Origin: Eledone cirrhosa
Lineage: Eukaryota
Assembly: GCA_964016885.1 (NCBI GenBank)
Contig: OZ024742.1
Coordinates: 282,534,001-282,598,000, forward strand
DNA: 64,000 nt
Direction of reading: 5' to 3'
Every line of letters starts with the position of its first letter. Position 1 is the first letter of the stretch. Below the pieces are notes generated by a model. It had not been told where the DNA came from. It saw nothing but the letters and a program-made list of their open reading frames with translations, and searched no databases. Shown one piece after another: positions 27,965 through 39,048 of this stretch. A program made the position numbers and the translations under genes.

Positions 27965-30207
27965 AGAAGGCTGATGAGATACAAACTGCGTCAGATTCCA
28001 ATAACACAAAGCTGTTGTACAGTCTCTTGCGTGAGGTTTATGGACCGTCTTCTTCTCTGGTGACACCGCTTCGCAGCAAGGATGGCAAAGAACTTCTTCG
28101 TGACTCACAAGGAATTCTACGAAGGTGGCGAGAGCACTTTGATGACCTTTTGAATCAGCGGTCTGTCGTCAGTGAAGATTTCCTCAATCTCATTCCAGAA
28201 AGTCCTGTGAAAGTAGCTCTCGCAGAACCTCCGACGCTTGTGGAGGTTGCAGTGGCTATTTCGAAGCTGAACAGTGGAAGATCTCCAGGTATAGATGGCA
28301 TACATGCTGAGCTCCTACAATATGGTGGTGAGAGACTCCTGCAACATCTTCACTCTTTGTTTGGCAGGATATGGGCTAATGAATCCGTACCTGAGGACTG
28401 GAGAGATGCAGTAATGGTGGTCTTGTACAAGGGAAAGGGTAACAGGAACGATTGTGGGAACTACAGAGGTATATCATTGCTTTCTGTCGTAGGGAAAGTT
28501 TTATGTAGGGTGCTTCTGGACCGTCTGCTGACACACATTGCAGATTGTGTTCTTCCTGAAAGTCAATCTGGTTTTCGTGCTGGACGCGGCACTACTGATA
28601 TGATCTTCTCAGCTAGACAGCTCCAGGAGAAGTGCATTGAACAAGGCTTGGATCTGTATCAGGTTTTTGTCGATTTGACAAAGGCTTTTGATACTGTCAA
28701 CAGAGATGCATTATGGAAGGTTCTCCAGAAACTTGGTTGCCCTGATAAGTTCCTTGCTTTAGTTAGGTCTTTCCATGACGACATGAAGGCTTGGGTTAAT
28801 GCCGGGGGTAACATGTCGGAGCCTATCTCAGTAAAAAATGGAGTGAAACAGGGGGATATTCCAGCACCGACCCTGTTTGCCATATACTTAGCAATGGTTT
28901 TCTGTATTGCATTCAGGAATTGCGAGCATGGTGTTTACATCCGATATCGAACCTCAGGCAGCGTATTTAACATCAGGCGCTTTGCTGCGAAGACAAAAGT
29001 ATTTACATCAATCATAAGAGACCTCTTGTATGCAGATGATTGCGATCTTGTAGCGCACACAGAGAGTGATATGAAGCACATTTTGAATGCATTTTCTGAC
29101 GCTTGCACTGCCCTACGTCTGACTGTCAGTCTCAAGAAAACCGTCGTCATGTACCAACCTGCCCCTGGTAAGCAGTACACTGATCCAAACATCTATGTGT
29201 ATGGCAAACGACTTGGAGTGGTTGATCAGTTTGTCTACCTGGGAAGCACTGTCAATCGATACAGCAACCTTGACAGTGAAATCTCACTTAGGATTAGGAA
29301 AGCAAGTGAAGCTTTCGGAAAGCTAGAAAGGCGACTCTGGGGTCGGCGACACATATGCAGGAGGACAAAGGTAAAGGTGTACAGGGCATGTGTGCTCTCT
29401 TGTCTTCTTTATGCCTGCGAGACCTGGGTCACATATCGACACCACCTTAAGCAATTGGAGCGTTTCCATCAGATGTGTCTCAGACGGATCCATGGCGTTC
29501 ACTGGAGGGACCACATCAGTGATGTCGAGATTTTGGAAAGCTCTATGTGTGACAGTATAGAAGCTCTTGTGCTTAAGCAACGACTCCGTTGGAGTGGTTA
29601 CCTTGCCAGGATGAAGGATTCTAGAATACCAAAACAACTCTTTTATGGAGAGTTGGTTAAAGGAAAACGACCGCCACATAAACCAAAAAAGAGGTATAAG
29701 GATTCCTTGAAAGCCTCTCTGAAAGACGCTAACATCTCTGCTGATACATGGGAGAATATTGCTGCTGATCGTAATAAATGGAGAAAGACTGTATATGAGG
29801 GAAAAGTTGCCTTTGAGGCATCTCGAATCGCATACGAGAAAGTAAAGCGGGATGTGAGGAAGGGCATTGCTGTTGCACTTCCAGACGGCGAGGGTCCTCC
29901 TATGGTGCTGATATGCAGCGTATGTGCGAGACTGCCTAAGCAAAGCTGGACTCGAAAGTCATCTTCGCAGTCATAAAGTAAGACCAGTGGTTGACTACCA
30001 GGCTGCTGTTGGAGATGCTACTCATCATGCTTGCCAAACATGTGGTAGAGAATGTAAATCAGCAGGAGGGCTCAAGCGACATGCAAAAGTACACGAACTC
30101 CAACCACAGCCGACTATTCCCAGTAAATGTTTTGGTTGACGACTCTGTGCAAGACATTTTAGATCATTGGCTGGGCTAAAAAGCCACATTCGATCGCAGC
30201 GCTGTTA
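27965..30207 (+). CDS. RTE reverse transcriptase (endonuclease missing) with C-terminal C2H2 zinc fingers; frameshifts near 29930 and ~30130
   Basis: NYRGISLLS, PESQSGFR, FVDLTKAFDTV, GVKQG, LLYADD, RIPKQLFYGEL; CxxC..H..H motifs. Confidence 0.9.
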
Positions 30208-30418
30208 GTTGCTATCGTGTGTGTGTGTGTGTGTGTGTAGATATGCTTATGTGTGTGCGTGTGTGTGTATATATATATGTATATGTATATTATTATTGTT
30301 GTTGTCGTTATTATTATTGTTGTTATTATTATTATTATTATTATTATTGTTATTAATGTATGTGTGTGTGTATATGTGTGTGTGAGTATGTGTGTGTGTG
30401 TGTGTATATATATGTATG

Positions 30419-30473
<55 letters not shown>

Positions 30474-30592
30474 CTTTTTTTTATTTTTTTTTTATTTTTT
30501 TTTATTATTTTTTTTATTTATTATTATTATAATTTTTTTTTTTTTCTCCTCGTGCAATGGCCATACTCGATAACGAGGGGGCAGCCATTATC
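27965..30592 (+). mobile_element. 5'-truncated RTE-clade LINE flanked by (TATG)n
   Basis: RT ORF plus a 3'UTR invaded by microsatellites. 3' end tggccatactcgataacgagggggcagccattatc followed by (ATGT)n. Confidence 0.92.
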
Positions 30593-30672
30593 ATGTATGT
30601 ATGTATGTATGTATGTATGTATGTATGTATGTATGTATGTATGTATGTATGTATGTGTGTATGTATGTATGT

Positions 30673-31278
30673 CAGGTCACCAGTTGGTGCTACTGGTAAC
30701 ATGTATCCCAGTACAACCTGTCTCATGGCCGGGTCGTTGGCGACTAAACTGGCAACCCCACCAAGGTGTCTTGGTGAGGAGGGTGACTTTGGACATCCTG
30801 CAGGACTAAAAACAAAACCTGTCAAAGGGCAAAGGAGCTCTTAAGAGTCAATGGCCATCCAAAATCACCGGGAGAGATGACCCCTTAGCCTTTGTCAAGG
30901 CAGAATTCTAGGAGAAGGAAAACTCTGATATAACACCTACAACCCTGATGGTATCCAATGATGTTGACTTGTTCTTCATTTTGGTAAATATTATCTTGGT
31001 TAAGAGAGTGGGACTGGCTTTGTGCAGTGCCTTTGTTCACTATAAAAGCTTCACGGCACAGGCATTGCTTTATATCTGGAGATCTCTCTGCATTTGTCGT
31101 CACATGGTGCCATGGGCCCAGCACTATGTGTCAATAATTGTCACAGTTGCAGTGTTTGTGCCAGAGTTTTCAAGTTGTTGGCTGGACTAAGAAGTCGCAC
31201 TCGTTCGGCGCATCGGTGGGGGTTCTCCTACATGGATATAAAGTTGTGGCCGTACTCGAAAACGAGTTGGCAGCCACC
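30673..31278 (+). mobile_element. ~600-bp non-autonomous RTE derivative (element A) flanked by (TATG)n
   Basis: The 3' part encodes CSVCARVFKLLAGLRS (like the last RTE finger) and has the same 3' terminal motif. Homologous to 59847-60359 and 60508-60808. Confidence 0.8.
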
Positions 31279-31292
31279 ATGTATGTATGTAT

Positions 31293-31760
31293 GTTCTTCT
31301 GGTTTTATAATTTCACAAATTCTTTACCAAAAGAGAGTGAGTCGGTTTCTAACATAGACACAAGACTTTCTCATTGGTATTTTCACAACATCAACTAGGT
31401 AGATATGTATGTATGCATACATGTGTAGATATGGGTGTTATTGTATGTGTGGATGTGGATGTTTTGGGTTGTATGTGTGCCTGTGTATATGCTTTGCATC
31501 TGTACATGTGTATATGCAGTTATTAGATGCAAAATGTTTGGAATGTTTTACATATTTTTACTGTTCCATTAATGGATTGTATTTGTAATTTCCTAACTAG
31601 TTGTGTTCTTTCTATTCCTGTGAAGCCTAGCTTCTCAAGATTTGTATTGAGGCAGTTACTAACATATCCCAGTGCCCCAATAATCACAGGCATAAATCTG
31701 AAGGTGTAATCGGGGTGGAGTATCTGCAGATTTCTCATCAGTTCTGCATAAATATTCTCC
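31293..31760 (-). mobile_element. 5'-truncated R4/Dong-like non-LTR element in (TACA)n
   Basis: MPVIIGALGYVSNCLNTNLEKLGF..LQIQSINGTVKICKTF*; PVIIGALG is typical of RLE-type C-termini. Confidence 0.8.
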
Positions 31761-31784
31761 TATGTATGTATGTATGTATGTATG

Positions 31785-31818
<34 letters not shown>

Positions 31819-32385
31819 TGTATGTATGTATGTATGTATGCATCTATGTATGTATGTATGTATGCATGTATGTATGTATGTATGTATGCATGTACGTATG
31901 TATGTACATATGTATGTATGTAGGCATGCATCTATGTATGCGTGTATGTATATATGCATGCATCTATGTATGTATGTATACAGGCATCTATGTATGTATG
32001 TATGCATGTATGTATGTATGTATGTATGCATGCATGCATCTATGTATGTATGTATGTATGCATGTATGTATGTATGTATGTATGCATCTATGTATGTATG
32101 TATGTATGCATGTATGTATGTATGTATGTATGTATGTATCTATGTATGCAAGCATCTATGTATGTATGCATGTATGTAGTATATATGTATATATATCAGG
32201 TTTTAACCAGTTTTAAACTAGTAAAACCATTATTCAGCAGAGTACTCGATACTTGGGATAGTAGAGTCTGACTATATTAGAAAACGTCGGAGCTCGAAAG
32301 CTGAGTTTTTGCCGTTTCGACAGCTAATTCCAGACTGGAAATAGCTGTGAAATCTGGGAGGTTCTCATCGAGTGTGTTGTGTGTT

Positions 32386-32462
<77 letters not shown>

Positions 32463-32582
32463 TCTCTCTCTCTCCCTCTCTCTGTAAATATGTAGTATAT
32501 CTATTTGCGGCAAAAGAACTCAGCCGTTGAGCCCCAACTCTTTCTAAGACATACGCACTCACAAAACACACACACTCACAAA

Positions 32583-32613
<31 letters not shown>

Positions 32614-32676
32614 AAACACACACATATGCACACACATATATATATATATATATATGTGTGTATGTGTGCATATATA

Positions 32677-32721
<45 letters not shown>

Positions 32722-32806
32722 GAAGATAAAAATAATCAATCAGTATAAATCAGTTGAGACGAAACTATCATAATAGTCATTTACATAGGGAAGACAACAT
32801 TTGAAG

Positions 32807-32856
<50 letters not shown>

Positions 32857-33329
32857 GTGATTGTGTGTGTATCTACGTGTTTGTGTGTGGGCGCGCGCGG
32901 ATAAATTGATAAACGACTGGAAGTGAGAAATAGGTGAATGCCTAACTTTGATAATGTTTTTTTGTTGTTGTATTTTAGATGTGGTTAATTGATAAATATC
33001 GAGAAACTGTGTTATAACTAAGTTTTAAAACGTTCTGTCGATGCCTACGTTGCAGTTACAAGAAGGTTTATAGTATAGCGCATTACTTGTTATAACATAG
33101 TACGTTACTGAAGCTGTTAATGTTGCAGGTTGATGATGTGTTTAATCTCAAGCTTATATAGAACTCCTATATAATGATCTGTTGCGTTGTTAAAAGATGT
33201 TTCGTCGTACTCATGGCGAGATAATCTGAAACTAATGTATTTCCATAGATTTTTTAAGATAGTGGGTGTTCTGAATACTATGGATAAATAATGTGTATGC
33301 ATTTCATTATATCTATGAATGTACGGATG

Positions 33330-33381
<52 letters not shown>

Positions 33382-33407
33382 TAACGTATATCTTCCACGC
33401 AAGTATG

Positions 33408-33483
<76 letters not shown>

Positions 33484-33488
33484 CATAC

Positions 33489-33564
<76 letters not shown>

Positions 33565-33781
33565 CGTTTTCTGAATTTGTTTAGCAAGATTCTTTATCTG
33601 AAATCGTGTGTTGAAACCGATATTGTTATACTTTGGGAGGGTCATGTTGCCAATAAGAAACACACGCACCAGTTGCTTTCACTTCAATTTATTATAATAA
33701 ATTTATAAATTTAGTAATTTACAAATTTATAAATTTCTGGTTGGTTGGTTGGTTCCACAACCAGATAGTTGTTTATATATT

Positions 33782-33824
33782 GTCAAAGTTCTTTCGTCAC
33801 ACATTATGTGACCTCTTCAGTGAC
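33782..33824 (-). ncRNA. Minimal hammerhead motif (stem III imperfect)
   Basis: Reverse complement reads gtca CTGAAGA g gtcaca-taatg-tgtgac GAAA gaac TT tgac. Lies in a (TA)n-flanked insert at 33562-34145. Confidence 0.6.
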
Positions 33825-34142
33825 CGGGTTTCTTTTCTTTGTTTTTGTGCCTCTCCTTTGTTCTGTCCTACACCATTTTGTTTCTGTGTGTGTGTTGTGT
33901 GCTCAGTCTGCGCATGCGCCACATCCGGGTGTCTGTGTGTGTTTATATTCGTTTATTTATTTGTTTATTTACATGTTACCGGTTGGTTGTTTGTTCTATG
34001 TGTGTGTGTGTTTTCATTTTGTCCTTAATTGTAAGTTGTGATGTTGCAGTTCCACTCATATTTTCTATTTAATTTTGGTTGTAATTCTTTTATGTTTATT
34101 GCCTCTGTGATTGGTCTGTGATAAAAGAATTACAACCAAAAT

Positions 34143-34210
<68 letters not shown>

Positions 34211-34317
34211 TGTGTGTGTGTGTATGAATGCGTCTATGTGTGTTTGTCTATCTAGCTTTCTACCTCTATATTTCTATTCTCACTTTTTCCCTCTCTCTCT
34301 CCCTCCCTCTCTCTCTC

Positions 34318-34367
<50 letters not shown>

Positions 34368-34483
34368 CATTAAGAAGTTAGACGTCGTAGATGTAATAGT
34401 TTGTGACTCAATAGAAAGAGGTTATGATGCTAGCGGTTTGCGGCATAATTTTGGTGAAGTTATTATCGGCTGTGTTATCATCT

Positions 34484-34545
<62 letters not shown>

Positions 34546-34637
34546 CCTTCTGTCTCTCCCTCTCTCTCTATCTCCCTCTCTCTATAAATATGTAGTACAT
34601 CTGGTTACGTTAACTGAATGAGTGTGTGTGTATCATT

Positions 34638-34689
<52 letters not shown>

Positions 34690-34690
<1 letters not shown>

Positions 34691-35105
34691 CGTTTAACAT
34701 CCATATTCCACGCTTGCATGGGTTTGGACGGGAGTTTTCCCACTTGAGGCAAGAGTGGTTGTCTTGCTCTTGGAGGACTGTCTGGCGGGTTTTCTACGGC
34801 TGGATGCCCTTCCTGACACCAACCACATTTACAGTGTGGGGCTGGGAGGTTTTTACCGTGTTATTTACACGGCCACATTACAGCGTGGAATGTGTGTTTT
34901 TTTGTCGTGACACCTACACGACCTCATTTGTTTCGGTCTGGATGTTGTGGTACCAACATAACTTTACATTGAAAGGGGTGGTGTGGGGGTAGTGGGACGG
35001 GGGTGTATTTTGTTAGAGGTGCCTACTGACTGTAGTAGGTTTCACTTTGTACTTAGGTAAAGCGGGTCTTCTCTATTACTGAGTACCGCCAAAGATCTCG
35101 GTCCA
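34690..35105 (-). mobile_element. Interspersed retro-repeat with (GAT)n tail
   Basis: tttaacatccatattccacgcttgcatggg directly after (CAT)n. Similar stubs after (CAT)n at ~33381 and ~35525. Confidence 0.55.
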
Positions 35106-35239
35106 GTGATATATATATATATATATTGGTGTGCAGGTAGGTGTTTGCATATATATTTATAGCGGCGTTCCTACAAGGACGCTATCCAATGACTGAAACC
35201 AATAAATGAATGAAACAATAACTTCATAAACGTGTATAT

Positions 35240-35288
<49 letters not shown>

Positions 35289-35289
35289 C

Positions 35290-35330
<41 letters not shown>

Positions 35331-35341
35331 TGTGTGTATAT

Positions 35342-35372
<31 letters not shown>

Positions 35373-35387
35373 CGCGTGCGTGCGTGC

Positions 35388-35457
<70 letters not shown>

Positions 35458-35566
35458 ATGTGCGTGCATATGTGAGAATATATATAAGTATCCACATATA
35501 TGTATCATCATCATCATCAACATCGTTTTACGACATCCGTTTTTTCATGCTTGATATATATACATG

Positions 35567-35646
<80 letters not shown>

Positions 35647-35843
35647 ATGTGCGTGTGTGTGTGTGTGTATATATACATATATATATGTGTATATGTGTAT
35701 GTATACATATACATATACATATTTTTACATATATATATATGTATATACACACACATATATATATATATATATATACATATATATATAAATATATATATAC
35801 ACATACATATACACATATATATACATATATATATATATACATG

Positions 35844-35915
<72 letters not shown>

Positions 35916-35942
35916 CATATATATATATATATATATTATAAG

Positions 35943-36771
35943 TACATTTAGAAACACACAGATACATGCGGACACACACATATATACATGAATGCATCCG
36001 CACCCAACTGTGAGTTAAGGGTGCCAACTTCACCGATGTTGCTCAATGAATGACTGGGACAGACCAATTCAGTTTGAACCAGACTGAACCAGTATCAGAG
36101 TTAAAAACACATTATGAAGAGAGAAGAAACATTTAGATATAATTAGTAATAAAATGTATCATACCTAAACTGTTCCTAAATTCCTCGACTACGTAGTTTC
36201 GTGGCATAAACAAAAACAATATATCAAAGATATAGAGTCCTTGCGAGGTCTGCCGACTTATCAAGAGGATACCTCATTTTACTAGTCTCAAGAACGCGTC
36301 TACACGACGTGAGAAAGAATCCCAAAAGGCGGAGGGGGAGATAGTCACGCGATATAACGGTCGAGAAACAGAGCTAAGCCTCCTATAACCACGAAAAAAA
36401 TACCACGGAGGCGGAGGGGGTATTCATATCGAGGCCGTAGAAGAGGTAGTGAAGAAGGCGAGAAGTATGAGTAATGGAAGCTTTCCAGTTGTCCCCACAC
36501 TTCAAAGATTGCTCGACCAGAGGGAGTTATTAATACATTTAGAAACACACAGATACATGCGGACACACACATATATACATGAATGCATCCGCACCCAACT
36601 GTGAGTTAAGGGTGCCAACTTCACCGGCAGACCTCGCAAGGACTCTATATCTTTGATATATTGTTTTTGTTTATGCCACGAAACTACGTAGTCGAGGAAT
36701 TTAGGAACAGTTTAGGTATGATACATTTTATTACTAATTATATCTAAATGTTTCTTCTCTCTTCATAATGT
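35943..36771 (-). mobile_element. Terminally redundant 591-bp hammerhead element with 147-bp inverted extension, in (TA)n
   Basis: Direct repeat 35943-36035 = 36534-36626; inverted repeat 36109-36255 / 36625-36771. Confidence 0.8.
36182..36269 (-). ncRNA. Type-I hammerhead motif with U3-A8 core variant and long stem II
   Basis: Reverse complement reads tcctc TTGATAA gtcggca..tgccac GAAA ctacgtag TC gagga. Confidence 0.65.
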
Positions 36772-36783
36772 ATATTATAAGTA

Positions 36784-36853
<70 letters not shown>

Positions 36854-36864
36854 ATATATATATG

Positions 36865-36916
<52 letters not shown>

Positions 36917-36934
36917 CATATATATATATACATC

Positions 36935-37001
<67 letters not shown>

Positions 37002-37052
37002 TACTTATAATATATATACATATATACATACATATATTATATTTATATACAT

Positions 37053-37094
<42 letters not shown>

Positions 37095-37221
37095 TATATA
37101 TATATTTATTTATTTATTTATATATCTATATATATATATATTATAGTCATGTAGATATACATACATATATATATATATATATACATACATACATACATCC
37201 ATCCATCCATACATACATACA

Positions 37222-37252
<31 letters not shown>

Positions 37253-37474
37253 CTCTGTGTGTATGCTTGTTTGCGCGTGTATACAGCACAGAGGGTGGTA
37301 ACACAAAACAACAAGAAAGGAATATGTTCCTAATATATGCTGAACACATGTCTATATAGTCGTTGTTGGTGTTCCTGTTGTATTGCACATGTCTATACAA
37401 TGTGTTATGCACTGGCCCATACAGCTTGCAGTCGATGCACATGGTCAGTCAGCTGGTCATAATGGTGAGCTGCT

Positions 37475-38190
37475 ACTGGTGATGGTGGTGGTGACGGGAT
37501 TCTCGTTGCAGTTGGGATGTTGCTAGTGCTTGTGGTGGTGCTTGTGGTGCTGGTGGTGCTGGTCGTAGTGTTGGTGTTGGTGCTCGTGGTGGGGGGTGTA
37601 CTGGTGGTGCTGGTGGTAGTGTTGGTGTTGGTGCTCGTGGTGGGGGTGCAAGGGGGGGTGTACTGGTGATGCTGGTGGTAGTGTTGGTGTTGGTGGTGGC
37701 GGTTATGGTGGTGGTGGTGGTGTGTGTGGGGGGGGTACATGTGGTGCTGCTGGTAGTGTTGGTGTTGGTGCTGGTGGTGGTGGTGGTGTGTGGGGGGAGG
37801 GGTACTGGTGGTGCTGTTGGTAGTGTTGGTGTTGGTGCTGGTGGTGCTGGTGGTGCTGGTGGTGCTAGTGGTGCTGGTGTGTGTGGGGGGAGGGGTACTG
37901 GTGGTGGTTGTGCTGGTGGTCGTGGTGGTGGTGGTGCTGGTGCTGGTGGTCGTGGTGGTGGTGGTGGCGGTGGTGCTAGTGGTGCTGGTGGTAGTGTTGG
38001 TGTTGGTGCTGGTGGTGCTGGTGGTGGTGGGGGTAGTGGTGCTGGAGGTGATGGCGGTGGTGGTGGTGGTGGTGTTGGTGGTAGTGGTGGCAGTAGTGGT
38101 GGTGGTGGTAATGGTTGTAGTATTGGTGTCAGTAGTAGTGGTGTAGGCTGTAGTGGTGGTGGTTGTGGTGTCACCACTAATGCTGGTCAT
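37475..38190 (+). repeat. Degenerate (GGT)n low-complexity tract with internal block duplications
   Basis: Repeated ggggtactggtggtgctg blocks. Confidence 0.85.
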
Positions 38191-38315
38191 CGTGCTACAT
38201 CTACATTATGGCTAAAGATAACAGTGTGATAATTGGTTAAATTGCAATGGATATTTTGACCGATACATACGAACTATTAAACAATCAAATGCATTAACAC
38301 ACACATATATATATA

Positions 38316-38425
<110 letters not shown>

Positions 38426-38555
38426 GGTGCGTATATATGTGTGTGTGTGTGTGCGTGCACGTATGTATGCGTGTATGTGTGTGTATACATACCTATCTAT
38501 ATACATATTTATATACATACATAAGTACGTATAAATATGCATTCATATATATATA

Positions 38556-38840
38556 TAAATGTAAGTATGTATACGTACATACATATATGTATACAGACGT
38601 ACAATAGTATGTATATATATACATACATGCACACATATATATATCTACGTATGGGTTTACCGAACATTATAATAAATGTTCGGTAAACCCATACGTAGAT
38701 ATATATATATGTGTGTGCATGTATGTATATATATACATACTACTGTACGTCTGTATACATATATGTATGTACGTATACATACTTATATTTAAGTATCAGC
38801 CCTACTAAGAGTGAGAAATGAAATTTCGTTTCATTCTTTT
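38556..38840 (+). mobile_element. Fold-back fragment of the 55-56 kb hammerhead element family
   Basis: Palindrome 38556-38791 centred near 38670. Tail tactaagagtgagaaatgaaatttcgtttcat is shared with 55904 and 56366. Confidence 0.8.
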
Positions 38841-38842
38841 CC

Positions 38843-38875
<33 letters not shown>

Positions 38876-38962
38876 TCCCCCTTACCCCATATATATGTAT
38901 ATACAGACAGACAGGGGGATGGATAGATAGATAAAAAGATACGTAATAGATAGCTAGCTAGC

Positions 38963-39048
<86 letters not shown>

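Noticed and set aside
30673-30800. HDV-like ribozyme call
   Set aside because: P1/P1.1/P3 could not be assigned consistently in both copies by eye; kept only as a hypothesis
37405-38229. Gly-rich or Pro/Thr-rich structural protein
   Set aside because: Degenerate (GGT)n with frame changes at G-runs; no signal peptide or splice evidence
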